From: an uncultured Pseudomonadota bacterium
Lineage (GTDB): Bacteria > CALINM01
Assembly (NCBI GenBank): GCA_964540515.1
Contig: CAZIMS010000001.1
Coordinates: 155,218 to 219,217 of the forward strand
Length of the DNA: 64,000 nucleotides
Direction of reading: 5' to 3'
The notes beneath the pieces are model-generated. The model was given only the letters and a program-made list of their open reading frames with translations. It was not told the origin of the DNA and did no database searches. Below are positions 27,974 through 38,398 of the stretch, piece after piece. Position 1 is the stretch's first letter. The number at the start of each line of letters is the position of its first letter. The position numbers and the translations under genes are program-made.

Positions 27974-30185
27974 AATCTCTCTTCTTATACTACCTATTGC
28001 TTTAATATCCTATGTTTTAGGGGTTATTTTATGGTATCAATCTCAAAATCACTACTTATTAGTTATTGGACTTATTATAATTCCCCTTGTTTTTTTCTTC
28101 AAAAAGTTATCTTTAATACTCTTAATCGTCATATTCTTTCTGTCCTTAGGCGCTTTAAGAATCTCCTATAGCTTCTTAACTAATAAATCTGAGATAAGGG
28201 GCTACGGAAAGGTTATTACCTTCCCTAAAAAAACTGACTATTATAATGAAGCGATAGTAAAGATAAAATCCGCAACTCGTCCCCTATACTCATACAAAAC
28301 CTTTAGATATGATAAAGATGTAACTCTAAAATTGCTTGACGAAATCTATTTTCACGGAAGGGAACAAGAAAGGCTCTTTTATAGAAATGATAATGATTAT
28401 CCTAAATTTTATCAAAACTATCTAACAAATAGCTCCTATGTAAAGGCAAACTTTGTTAAGAAGATTGATGAATCACCATTAATAACAAAATTATTCACCC
28501 TTAGGGAGCAGATTAAGGAAAGCTTTTCTGCTTCTAATAAGTCGGGTAAATCTTTCTTTTTAGAGGTACTATTTGGAGAAAAGGTCTTGCAGGAGAATAT
28601 AAGAGATATTTTTAATAAAAGCGGGACAGCACACCTTTTAAGTATCTCGGGGCTACACTTTAGCCTTACCATTTTTTTTGCCTATATATTTGTCTATGTC
28701 TTAAGTTTTTTGTATCCAAATATATTATTTAATATCCCAAGACAGCTTTTAACGATTTTTTTTGCCCTGCCGCTCCTTATCATTTATGGTTTTCTGTCTG
28801 GGATGTCTATTCCTGCCACAAGGGCCTTTTTAGTCTTTATCTTATTATTTTCTTTTCTTATACTTAATAAAAACCCTAACTATCTATCTCTTCTTTCTTT
28901 AATTGCCCTCCTTTTTTTGGTCTTTGAGCCTAATTATATTTTTTCTATATCTTTCCAGCTTTCCTTTACCAGTGTCTTTGCCCTTATTATCTTTAGAGAA
29001 AAAATTCAGACTTCGCTGATTAATAAGATAAGCAACAGATTAATTAGATATTTATTAGGTATCTTTACTGCTACCTGTTGCGTGAATCTTTTAATATTAC
29101 CTATTATCACAAATTTACAGGGGAAATTTTATTTAGCCACCTTTTTATCTAATATTTTTGCTATCCCCCTCTTTTCTTTTTTTATACTACCCTTTTTGTT
29201 TATATCTTTACCCTTCCAAGCCTTAGGGGAAGAGGTGTTCTCTTTTTCCTTAATGGTTCCTGAGCTGTCATACAGGGTCTTAGTGAAGGTATTGAATAAT
29301 CTTAATCTACTTATGGAAGATTTTTCTTTTAACTTCCATTTCGATATAAAAACTTCTTTAGTATATTATCTCTTCATAATATCAATTTTTTATCTGCCAA
29401 AATATTTAAAGCTCTTTGCTTTGTTTATCCCACTCTTCTTATTTTTTCCAACAAAGGATGCCCCAAAGAAAGATTTTTCAGCTGTCTTTCTTGATGTTCA
29501 TCAAGGCGATGCATCTATTATAAAATCAGAAAAGGGCGCTATAGTAATGATTGACTGTGGGGGTAATATGTATGATGAAACTATTTATAAAAGAGCCTAT
29601 GCTCCTTTCTTTAGGACCCACAAGATTAGGGAAATCTCAGCTATCATTATCTCTCATCATCACCCTGATCACACTAAGGCTCTTAAAGATATTATAGAAA
29701 ATATGAGAGTTAAAGTGATTTATCTTACAAAAGAGTCTTTAATGAACTTAGATATACCAGAGGGCGTAACAGTTAAACAGGTAGATTTAAAAGAAACAAT
29801 TACAATTGATGATTTAGAGATTGAGCTTATCCCTCCTAAATCTTTTGATAAAAAGGTTAACAACAACTCTCTATGGGCTGTTATTAAAAAGGGTAATAGA
29901 AAGTATATCTATACAGGCGACACGGAGGTTAAAGTTATTGATGAAATGATAAGCACTATTGTAATTAATAAAAGTGATATTATTTATCTTAAAGTTCCTC
30001 ATCATGGATCAAAATCTTCATTCTCCTCAGAGATGTATAAAAGATTTAATCCAAAAGTAGCTATAATCTCCCTTGGAAGTGATAATATCTGGAACCTGCC
30101 TTCAGCTGAGGTGATAAATTTTCTTAGAGATCAGAAGATTTTGACTTTAAGGACAGACATATTGGGGCAGATTACAATTAGATAG
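27924..30185 (+). CDS. comEC: DNA-internalisation competence protein ComEC/Rec2 (with a C-terminal MBL domain)
   Basis: 753 aa. Polytopic N-terminus and competence domain ([12 protein letters not shown]). C-terminal metallo-beta-lactamase HHHPDH. The annotated TTG start overlaps dnaJ by 50 nt, so the true start is uncertain. Confidence 0.75.
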   Translation: MKILINISNHLRDLGNRISLLILPIALISYVLGVILWYQSQNHYLLVIGLIIIPLVFFFKKLSLILLIVIFFLSLGALRISYSFLTNKSEIRGYGKVITFPKKTDYYNEAIVKIKSATRPLYSYKTFRYDKDVTLKLLDEIYFHGREQERLFYRNDNDYPKFYQNYLTNSSYVKANFVKKIDESPLITKLFTLREQIKESFSASNKSGKSFFLEVLFGEKVLQENIRDIFNKSGTAHLLSISGLHFSLTIFFAYIFVYVLSFLYPNILFNIPRQLLTIFFALPLLIIYGFLSGMSIPATRAFLVFILLFSFLILNKNPNYLSLLSLIALLFLVFEPNYIFSISFQLSFTSVFALIIFREKIQTSLINKISNRLIRYLLGIFTATCCVNLLILPIITNLQGKFYLATFLSNIFAIPLFSFFILPFLFISLPFQALGEEVFSFSLMVPELSYRVLVKVLNNLNLLMEDFSFNFHFDIKTSLVYYLFIISIFYLPKYLKLFALFIPLFLFFPTKDAPKKDFSAVFLDVHQGDASIIKSEKGAIVMIDCGGNMYDETIYKRAYAPFFRTHKIREISAIIISHHHPDHTKALKDIIENMRVKVIYLTKESLMNLDIPEGVTVKQVDLKETITIDDLEIELIPPKSFDKKVNNNSLWAVIKKGNRKYIYTGDTEVKVIDEMISTIVINKSDIIYLKVPHHGSKSSFSSEMYKRFNPKVAIISLGSDNIWNLPSAEVINFLRDQKILTLRTDILGQITIR

Positions 30186-30186
30186 C

Positions 30187-30750
30187 TTAAAAAAACATGC
30201 TACCCCACGTAGCAAATGCGGTTAATATCATTATTGCCCCTGATATCTTTTTAAAAGGTATCTTAGGTAACCATTTTTGGAGGTAACCCCCAGAAAAGGC
30301 AGCTAATACAGTAGCAACTATAAGGGCAATAAAACAGCCTGAAAAAACAGGTCCGAAGCTCTTAAATCTCGCTCCAAGGACAATAGAACATAGCTGAGTT
30401 TTATCTCCTAACTCACCAATTAATATAGTTGTAAAGGCTATTAAAAAACCATTCTTTCTGTTTTGTTTATTAACCTCTTCATCCTTTTTTCCTTTTTCGA
30501 GAAAAATATATAAACCAAAGGCAAAAAAAATTAGCCCTGAAATTAGCTTTATATAAAAAGGTGAGATTAGATGGGCAATCTTTTCACCAATAAAAACACC
30601 TGGTCCATTAAGCATACCAAAGGCAAGAGATGCCCCCAAAAGGATTGGAAGAGGCCCAAACTCCATAGCAAGTGCAAAGACAAGGAGTTGAGTCTTATCA
30701 CCCATCTCAGCTGTAAGGACCATCAAAAAGGAGGTAAGGAAGCTTTCCAA
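30187..30750 (-). CDS. UPF0016/GDT1 (TMEM165) family cation transporter
   Basis: 187 aa. Two E-x-G-D-K-T-Q-L repeats (AEMGDKTQL, GELGDKTQL). Confidence 0.7.
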   Translation of the reverse strand: MESFLTSFLMVLTAEMGDKTQLLVFALAMEFGPLPILLGASLAFGMLNGPGVFIGEKIAHLISPFYIKLISGLIFFAFGLYIFLEKGKKDEEVNKQNRKNGFLIAFTTILIGELGDKTQLCSIVLGARFKSFGPVFSGCFIALIVATVLAAFSGGYLQKWLPKIPFKKISGAIMILTAFATWGSMFF

Positions 30751-30753
30751 TTG

Positions 30754-31611
30754 TTAATCCTTAGTGCTAACAAGATAACCAGAAAATAGAATTAGTACTC
30801 CACCCAAAACTGTCTTTATTGTAATACTTTCTTGAAAAAAAATAAATCCCCACATTATTGTACCAAGTGGCTCAGTATAACCAATTATTGATGCTCTTAT
30901 ACCTTCAACCTTTTTTAAGGCATTAATGTATAATTTTGAAGCAACTACAGAATATATAAAGGCTATTAACCCTAAATAAAAAAAGTCTCTTACCTCTATA
31001 CTTATATCTATAAAAGGTGAAAGGGGTAGAAAAATTATGGCACTAAAAAGATTCTGATAAAAAAGCAAAAACTCTTCATTTAATCTCAGAAGAGTCTTCT
31101 TCGCAACAATAATTATTACCGCATAAAAAAAACCAGAAGCAAGCCCTAAAAGAGCTCCCTTTACGAAATTATCATCTACAACCTCCCTTGTATAAAAGAT
31201 TGCAATAAAGCCAATCATTGAAAGAACTAACCCTGTAAGTATCTTCTTTGTTATTCTTTCCTGTAAAAAAAGGGGGGCTAAAAGGGCAACAAAGACAGGT
31301 GCAGTGTAATGTGTCAATACTGCAACTGCACCTGTTGTATATTTTAATGCCCCTAAATAGGTAAGCATGTTAAGTAGAAAAAAAAAGGCCAAAAAGAGTA
31401 GATTAATATAGATCTTTTTCTCTATTAATAATCTACCCCTATACTTGTAAAAACAGTAGATACCCCAATACAAGGCAGCCCAAAGACAGGTAAAAAAGCT
31501 TATAGTAAAGGCGTTAATCTTTAAATTTCTTACTGGTATTAGCCAGGAACTCCATATTAGAAATGCCGCTGCTAACTGGCCATAATAAATTTTCTCCTTT
31601 ATCATTAACAA
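30754..31611 (-). CDS. EamA/DMT-family transporter
   Basis: 285 aa. Two 4-5 TM EamA repeats. Confidence 0.65.
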   Translation of the reverse strand: MLMIKEKIYYGQLAAAFLIWSSWLIPVRNLKINAFTISFFTCLWAALYWGIYCFYKYRGRLLIEKKIYINLLFLAFFFLLNMLTYLGALKYTTGAVAVLTHYTAPVFVALLAPLFLQERITKKILTGLVLSMIGFIAIFYTREVVDDNFVKGALLGLASGFFYAVIIIVAKKTLLRLNEEFLLFYQNLFSAIIFLPLSPFIDISIEVRDFFYLGLIAFIYSVVASKLYINALKKVEGIRASIIGYTEPLGTIMWGFIFFQESITIKTVLGGVLILFSGYLVSTKD

Positions 31612-31625
31612 AGTAACAAAAGGAC

Positions 31626-32423
31626 CTATTTATCTTTTTTCTGCATAAAGTGACTCAAAAAATCCACTGGTAATGGGAAAACTATAGTTGTATTGTTTTC
31701 TGAAGATATCTCTGTTATAGTTTGGAGATACCTTAACTGTAAAGTAACAGGATTTTTAGCAAGGATATCTGATGCTTCAGAAAGCATATTTGCTGCTTGA
31801 AGCTCACCTTCTGCGTTAATAATCTTTGCCCTTCTTTCTCTCTCTGCCTCTGCCTGACGAGCCATTGCCCTTTGCATCTCCTGAGGTAAATCAATCTGCT
31901 TAAGCTCTACATTCATAACCTTAACTCCCCAGTTCTCTGTTTGAACATCAAGAATCTTTTGAAGTTCCTCATTGATCCTCTCTCTCTCTGCTAAGAGCTT
32001 ATCTAACTCCACCTGACCACAGACGCTTCTTAATGTCGTCTGGGCAAGCTGTGAAGTTGCATAATGGTAGTTCTCTACATTCAAAATTGCCTTAATGGGC
32101 TCAACAACCCTAAAATATACAACTGCATTGACCTTTACTGATATGTTATCTTTTGTAATAACATCTTGAGAAGGAACATCAAGAGTAACTGTTCTTAGGC
32201 TAATCTTAACTATTTTATCAATACCAAGAGGTAGAAGAATAATTATACCAGGACCTTTCGCCCCTATACATCTACCAAGACGGAAAACAACACCCCTTTC
32301 ATATTCAGGAACTATCCTTAATATACTACCTAAAAAAGCTACCAAAAATATAAACAATACAAGATAAAAAATCATAGCTCCTCCTTTTATTATAGTTTTT
32401 AAATTAAGGGACCGATGCTGCAT
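31626..32423 (-). CDS. SPFH/band-7 (stomatin-like) membrane protein
   Basis: 265 aa. N-terminal TM helix, then SPFH domain ([17 protein letters not shown]...) and a C-terminal coiled coil rich in [12 protein letters not shown]. Confidence 0.8.
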   Translation of the reverse strand: MQHRSLNLKTIIKGGAMIFYLVLFIFLVAFLGSILRIVPEYERGVVFRLGRCIGAKGPGIIILLPLGIDKIVKISLRTVTLDVPSQDVITKDNISVKVNAVVYFRVVEPIKAILNVENYHYATSQLAQTTLRSVCGQVELDKLLAERERINEELQKILDVQTENWGVKVMNVELKQIDLPQEMQRAMARQAEAERERRAKIINAEGELQAANMLSEASDILAKNPVTLQLRYLQTITEISSENNTTIVFPLPVDFLSHFMQKKDK

Positions 32424-32466
32424 TGTAATCTTAACTTTAATTAATTATAGAATATTTCTCTTTACT

Positions 32467-33645
32467 TTGTATAAAAAAATTATTAGTTTAAAACCTTATT
32501 TTATGAATAGAAGAGAATTATTCACCATATTATTATCAACAACACTTACTACTTCAGCCCTTTATGCACCTCAGCCCCTATCACCTGTTTTTATGAAGTA
32601 TTTTAATATTAGTAAGACTCAATCAGCTTTTATAATGTCTGCTGGCATTATACCTCTTAGTTTTGCACCAATTCTTTATGGATATATTTTAGAAAAGATA
32701 AATCCTATAAAACTCCTCACAACTGCTATATTTTTTTTATCTTTATCTGTTTTCCTTTTCCCCTTTTCAAAATCTTATGAACAACTTGTTATTCTTAGAC
32801 TTCTTCAAGGTATTTTTATTCCTGCATCACTTGTTTCTACTATGACATATCTATCAATCACCTCAGATAGCCTAAATATCCAAAAAAGACTGTCCACTTA
32901 TATAGCTTTCTCAATTTTAGGTGGTTTCTCCGGTAGGGTCTTGTCTGGATTTATCTCAACTTTTTTTGGTTGGCCCTACGTTTTTCTTCTCTTATCTATT
33001 AATCTTTTTATATGCTTTCTTTTTTTGCTAAAAATACCTCCTCTGAAATCTTTTGTAAGCTCTAGTAATATCGAGTTGAGATTGCTTTACAATATCCTCA
33101 AAAATAGAAAATACCTAAATATCTATCCCATACCATTTATTATTTTCTTCGTTTTTTTAGCTATACTCAACTATCTCCCCTTTAGATTGGTAGAAATAAA
33201 AGATAGTGTCAATGAGTTTATAATAGGTATTATGTATGCTGGCTATCTATTGGGAATTGTAATATCTTTAAAATCAGCAAGTATCATTGGACTATTTAAA
33301 TCAGAAAAAAGAGCTATTATCGTGGGGCTCTCTTTTTTTATAGTCCTTCTTTCACTCTTATTATCAAAGGATTTTTATATTATTTTTCCTGCAATTTTTT
33401 TACTTTGTGGCTCTCTCTTCTTAGTTCACTCTATAACATCTGGTTATGTTAACAAGCTAACTTCTGCAAACAAAGGTATGGTTAATGCGATTTACGTTTG
33501 CTTTTATTATGCAGGAGGGGCTATGGGCTCTTACTTGCCAGGTTTTATTTATGTAAATTATGGCTGGAATCTTTTTCTACTTTTTAATTTGAGTCTTATT
33601 GTAGTAGTTTTGTTAATTGCTATGGGCATAAAGCAGGTTAAATAA
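32467..33645 (+). CDS. MFS transporter
   Basis: 392 aa, 12 predicted TM segments, MFS fold. Confidence 0.65.
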   Translation: MYKKIISLKPYFMNRRELFTILLSTTLTTSALYAPQPLSPVFMKYFNISKTQSAFIMSAGIIPLSFAPILYGYILEKINPIKLLTTAIFFLSLSVFLFPFSKSYEQLVILRLLQGIFIPASLVSTMTYLSITSDSLNIQKRLSTYIAFSILGGFSGRVLSGFISTFFGWPYVFLLLSINLFICFLFLLKIPPLKSFVSSSNIELRLLYNILKNRKYLNIYPIPFIIFFVFLAILNYLPFRLVEIKDSVNEFIIGIMYAGYLLGIVISLKSASIIGLFKSEKRAIIVGLSFFIVLLSLLLSKDFYIIFPAIFLLCGSLFLVHSITSGYVNKLTSANKGMVNAIYVCFYYAGGAMGSYLPGFIYVNYGWNLFLLFNLSLIVVVLLIAMGIKQVK

Positions 33646-33670
33646 ATTTGCTATGCCCACAGCAATATTC

Positions 33671-35416
33671 TTATTTTGAAAATATTCTTTTTACGTATTT
33701 CCACCAAGTAAAGCTTAAAAAATAGGAAAAGGCGTAAGTTCCTATAGTTATTAAGATAAAGGCAATAAATATATTTTGGGGAGTATCATTTAGAGAAAAG
33801 GCAGGAACATAGGCAAAAAGAAATGGTGCAAGATAGAGGAATTTAGCAAATATAAATGATGCAAAGGCGGTCTTCCACATATTTGCCCCTGCAATGGTTG
33901 CTCCAGCAAAGGCGGCGACACAAACAGGTGGTGTTATATTAGAATCCTGAGATAACCAGTAGACTATCATATGGGCAGCTATGGGACTTACGCCAAAATG
34001 TGTTAGAGCTGGAACTGCAACAACAGCAGTTATTAAATATGCAGCAGTAACAGGTACTCCCATCCCTAGAATTAATGATGCTAATGCAATTAGAATTATT
34101 GATAAGAAAAGGCTGCCTCCAGCAAGCTTAACTACTATGTCAGCAAAGGTAACGACAAGCCCACTAAAGGTAAGAACTGAGATAATAATCCCAATCACAC
34201 CAATTGTTGCGCCAATAGTAAGACTGCTTTCTGTTCCTACTCGGGCCGCTTCAACAAACTGTTTCAATCCTATTCTTGTATCTTTTTTAAACCAACTAAT
34301 TACTATGCAACTGGCTATACCACATACAGCCGAAAAACCTGCAGAATAACCTAAAAGAAGAATCACTGTTATAACCACTAATGGCAAAATATAGTACCAC
34401 TCTCTTCTTAAAATTTGCCATACACTCTCTTTAGATTTTTCTCCAACTAAATTATTGTCCTTCGCGTAATAATGGACTAATATAAAAACGCTAAAAAAAT
34501 ACATAAGAGCAGGAAAAAGGGCTATTAACATAATCTTAGAGTAGGGGATGCCTGTTAGTTCAGCCATTATAAAGCCTCCAGCCCCCATAACTGGTGGCAT
34601 AAACATTCCACCTATAGAGGCTGCTGGCTCAACTGCTCCTGCTATATGTGGTTTAAACCCTGCCTTTTTCATTAAAGGTATAGTAAAGGTTCCTGTAGAC
34701 ACGGTATTAGCTATGGCACTACCCGAAATTGATCCAAATAGTGCGCTTGCCACAACGGCAACTTTACCAGGACCACCAATCTTATGCCCCACAGCAGCCA
34801 AAGGAAAGTCTATAAAAAACCTTTGAGCACCAGACCTCTCAAGAAAGGCACCGAACATTACAAAGAGCAAAACATAAGTAGCAAGAACATCGGCCATTAT
34901 ACCAAAGACACCATCGCTTTTATAGAAAATAGTGGTACACATTCCAAGTATTGTATCACCAGGATGGGCAAATAACTCGGGCATATGTTTCCCATAAATA
35001 CCAAAGGCAAGCATTCCGAGTCCTATAAAGACAAAAACGGTACCCACAACCCTTCGAGCAACCTCTATTCCTATCAAAACACCTATGAGTGCGATAATTT
35101 GATCCTGCATTGTCTCCGCACCAGTTCGATAGTTTATCACTGCAAAATTAAGTATCCAGTAACCTACAGTAAATGCTGTGGCTAAAATTAGAATATAATC
35201 TAGAACTCTAAATATAATATGTTTAGATTTGTAGAGTAAAAAAACTAAGATATAGCAAACAAATACATAAATTCCCCTATGATACTGTGTAGAGGCAGGT
35301 GAGATCAAAGCAGAATAAGAGTAAAAAAGCAGTAGCCCTATTGAGGCAATATTAAAAAAAAACTTCTCGAACTTATTTAGTTTATCATACATAATTTTAT
35401 CTCTCTCCTTACACAA
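33671..35416 (-). CDS. TRAP transporter fused 4TM/12TM permease
   Basis: 581 aa. Polytopic DctQ-DctM fusion typical of TAXI-type TRAP systems. Confidence 0.75.
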   Translation of the reverse strand: MCKERDKIMYDKLNKFEKFFFNIASIGLLLFYSYSALISPASTQYHRGIYVFVCYILVFLLYKSKHIIFRVLDYILILATAFTVGYWILNFAVINYRTGAETMQDQIIALIGVLIGIEVARRVVGTVFVFIGLGMLAFGIYGKHMPELFAHPGDTILGMCTTIFYKSDGVFGIMADVLATYVLLFVMFGAFLERSGAQRFFIDFPLAAVGHKIGGPGKVAVVASALFGSISGSAIANTVSTGTFTIPLMKKAGFKPHIAGAVEPAASIGGMFMPPVMGAGGFIMAELTGIPYSKIMLIALFPALMYFFSVFILVHYYAKDNNLVGEKSKESVWQILRREWYYILPLVVITVILLLGYSAGFSAVCGIASCIVISWFKKDTRIGLKQFVEAARVGTESSLTIGATIGVIGIIISVLTFSGLVVTFADIVVKLAGGSLFLSIILIALASLILGMGVPVTAAYLITAVVAVPALTHFGVSPIAAHMIVYWLSQDSNITPPVCVAAFAGATIAGANMWKTAFASFIFAKFLYLAPFLFAYVPAFSLNDTPQNIFIAFILITIGTYAFSYFLSFTWWKYVKRIFSK

Positions 35417-35473
35417 AAAAAGAGCGGATACTAAAATTATATCCGCTCTTTTGGGTTAAATAATTTTTCAAAA

Positions 35474-36430
35474 CTATTTTTTCTTAATAACTCCCATATC
35501 TCTCCAAAACTTTTCTGCACCTGGATGGAGAGGCGTGACTATACCTTTAACACCATCTTTAACAGACATTTCTTGAGCTGCTTTATGAACACTCACCATA
35601 TGCTCAAGGCCTTCTTTGCTGTATAGAACTTTTAATAAGTTATAGACTACATCATCTGGGACTTCTTTATTGGCAAAAAATACAACTGAATCAGAGTAAG
35701 TGATAACATCTTTTGTCTGACCATTGTAGGTATTGGCTGGAATAATCTCTTTTTCAAGATAGGGGTATTTTTTCAACATACCTGCAGATTCAGCATCTTT
35801 ATATACATCAACAAGGGTTATCTTATTCTGTAATGCTGCTTCAAGGATTGCTGCATTTGGAAAGCCTGCAAAAACCCAGAAAGCGTCTAATTGTTTATTT
35901 TTAAAGGCATCTGCTGCTTCTCTGTAGCCTAAAAACTCTTTCTTAATCTTATCCCACATGCCTGTCTCTCTGAAAAATAACTCTGCCGCTGCTGCTGCAC
36001 CTGAGCCAGGGTTACCTACTCCTACCTTTTTACCATCTAACTGTTTTACTGAAGTGATCCCACTATCTGCCCTAACTACTAACTGAGCAGGAGCGCTGTA
36101 GAAAAAACAAATCGCTAAAGTATTTTCATACTTATTTGTATCTCCTATTAAATTTCCATTTCTTGCATTAAATAGATCTCCTGAATTTGCAATACCAAAA
36201 TCTGCTTTGCCGGAGTTTACAAGCCTTATATTTTCTATAGCGCCACCTGAGGCACTTGCTAAAATATTAAGATCTGCTTTCTTTGATAAAGTAGATATAC
36301 CACTTGCAAAATACTGATAAACCCCTCCAGAAGGTCCTCCTGAAAATCTATAGGCTCGCGCTTCAGAGTTACTAAAGAAAATAAAAATAGAAAAAATTGT
36401 TACAAACAAAGTAAAAGCTTTTTTTAACAT
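35474..36430 (-). CDS. TRAP transporter solute receptor, TAXI family
   Basis: 318 aa with a signal peptide. TAXI motif GGPSGGVYQYFASGISTL. Confidence 0.8.
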   Translation of the reverse strand: MLKKAFTLFVTIFSIFIFFSNSEARAYRFSGGPSGGVYQYFASGISTLSKKADLNILASASGGAIENIRLVNSGKADFGIANSGDLFNARNGNLIGDTNKYENTLAICFFYSAPAQLVVRADSGITSVKQLDGKKVGVGNPGSGAAAAAELFFRETGMWDKIKKEFLGYREAADAFKNKQLDAFWVFAGFPNAAILEAALQNKITLVDVYKDAESAGMLKKYPYLEKEIIPANTYNGQTKDVITYSDSVVFFANKEVPDDVVYNLLKVLYSKEGLEHMVSVHKAAQEMSVKDGVKGIVTPLHPGAEKFWRDMGVIKKK

Positions 36431-36604
36431 ATAACCTCCTAAAATTTTTTTACTATATTATATTAATTATCTGTAAAAATTCAACTTTTTTTTTCAAACG
36501 TTGTTTTTAAAAAAAGAAAATAAATAAAGTAGTAGTTATTAAATCGCAGGAGGCGAGGAAAAATAAAAAATAGAGCCAGCCTTTCAAAAAGGTTTTTAAT
36601 TAAC

Positions 36605-37900
36605 TCACACACCTGAAACGGCTATCTCTGAAAAGAGGATTGAAGGACTACCTGTATTTCCATAAAATTTTAAGTCCCTACCCAATGCTAAAATATTGCT
36701 AAAAATATCTTTAATATTACCAGAGATAGTGCATCCTGAGAGGGATTTGGCAAACTCTCCTTTCCTCAATAAGTAACCCTCAAAGCCTACTGAAAACTCA
36801 CCTGTTACTGGATTAACAAGATGCATCCCTATGAGGCTAACTATAACTATTACCTCTTCTAACTCTTTTAACAAAGGCATTATATTATCTTTCTCAGCAG
36901 GTGATATATATATATTGGTATAGCTATTTTGTGGTGGTAGGGCAATTTTTCTCCTAACAGAGCCTCCATTTGATTTTTTTCCAAATTTAACTCCAAAAAA
37001 GTTATCATATAAAAGATCTACAACCACACCATCTCTCATCAAGCTTTTACTTGATGTTACAAATCCCTCTCCATCAAAAAAGTACTTATAGCTACCATAA
37101 GAGACCAAAGGATCTTCGTTGATATTAAGGAGTGGTGATAATTTCCCACCTTCATCAAAGAGACTTTTTTTCTTGAACAGGTTTTCAGCAACAAAGCTCT
37201 TTGAAAGGACCTCTAAAAAATCACAGGCCGACCGATTTTCCATTAACACAACATATCTTCCACTGTTAGGCGGACTTGAGTTAAGTAGTTTTACCCCTCT
37301 ATTATAGGCATTTAAAAAAATTGCATTCTCATCCAGCTCCTTTAGGTCATCCGATATGGCATAATCCCACTCAATCTTTTCATCTCCATCCTTAGATAAA
37401 ACAAGTACAACTCCCATAGAATATTTTTGATAAACTTGACTTGCCATGCCAACTCTTGAGTTATATAGATTTATCTCCACTTCTTCTCCGCTCACAGTAA
37501 CTCGTTCAATCTTTTTTATCTCTCTGTATTCTCTCTGACTCTCTAAGAGAGTCTTTACTTTATTATCTAAGCTTTCGCTCCCATAAGATTTTTCTTCTGT
37601 TCTAAACTCTTGGGTATCTTTTATTGTAGATAGAGGCAAAATATTTGCTTCATCTAAAAAGGAGCTTTCTAGGGAAAATTTTAGATTGTCAAATATTAAA
37701 TCCTCTTGATAGTTCTCACCGCTTAGGCAAACAAAACCTCTTCTTCCTTGCTCAAAAACTCTAATTGCTATATTTAAGGAAGATATATAGTCTTTTTTAT
37801 TTCCTTCATCACTTTTTTCAACAACTCTTATAATTTTTTTCTCCTGCCACACTTCAAAATCTTTGTATCTTTTTGAGACAATATCAATAATCTCTCTCAT
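36605..37900 (-). CDS. TldD/PmbA-family metalloprotease-like protein (single copy)
   Basis: 431 aa. PmbA_TldD fold with C-terminal GxxSVG...GNIKDIFSNI. Confidence 0.65.
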   Translation of the reverse strand: MREIIDIVSKRYKDFEVWQEKKIIRVVEKSDEGNKKDYISSLNIAIRVFEQGRRGFVCLSGENYQEDLIFDNLKFSLESSFLDEANILPLSTIKDTQEFRTEEKSYGSESLDNKVKTLLESQREYREIKKIERVTVSGEEVEINLYNSRVGMASQVYQKYSMGVVLVLSKDGDEKIEWDYAISDDLKELDENAIFLNAYNRGVKLLNSSPPNSGRYVVLMENRSACDFLEVLSKSFVAENLFKKKSLFDEGGKLSPLLNINEDPLVSYGSYKYFFDGEGFVTSSKSLMRDGVVVDLLYDNFFGVKFGKKSNGGSVRRKIALPPQNSYTNIYISPAEKDNIMPLLKELEEVIVIVSLIGMHLVNPVTGEFSVGFEGYLLRKGEFAKSLSGCTISGNIKDIFSNILALGRDLKFYGNTGSPSILFSEIAVSGV

Positions 37901-37948
37901 CTTACTATTTCATCCTTATTAATATCTTAAAATTCCTAAAAATAAAGA

Positions 37949-38398
37949 TCATAGCACCTTAATCACTGCAACTTCGTCACAATCAGGAAACTTTGAACAC
38001 TTGATACAGTCGGACCATATTTTATGTGGAAGCTCTTTCTTGTCTATCTCTTTAAAATCAAACTTTTTAAAAAAATCTACCTGATAGGTAAGGGCAAATA
38101 TCTTTTTTAAACCTAACTGTATAGCCTCATCAAGACAAGCCATAAGAAGTTGAGAGCCATATTTAAACCTTCTTTTATCCTCTCTTACCATTAGAGATCT
38201 AACTTCTGCAAGGTCTTCCCAGCATATATGTAAGGCAGATACGCCCACTAACTCATCTCCCTCGTAAAAGACAAAATAATCTCTGATATTATCATAAATC
38301 TCATTTAAAGACCTTGGTAATAGCTCTCCTTTTTTTGAGCCTTCCAACAAAAGCTGATGAATATTCTTGCCATCAGAAACTTTAGCCTTTCTTAACAA
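37949..38398 (-). CDS. GNAT N-acetyltransferase (short ArgA-like)
   Basis: 149 aa. GNAT core plus C-terminal Cys cluster CIKCSKFPDC. Confidence 0.55.
   Translation of the reverse strand: MLRKAKVSDGKNIHQLLLEGSKKGELLPRSLNEIYDNIRDYFVFYEGDELVGVSALHICWEDLAEVRSLMVREDKRRFKYGSQLLMACLDEAIQLGLKKIFALTYQVDFFKKFDFKEIDKKELPHKIWSDCIKCSKFPDCDEVAVIKVL

Noticed and set aside
33612-33660. Imperfect inverted repeat (TGCTATGGGCA ... TGCCCACAGCA) around the MFS stop codon as a terminator
   Set aside because: Only 9 of 11 bases pair, the loop is ~27 nt, and there is no T-tract. This is probably chance.
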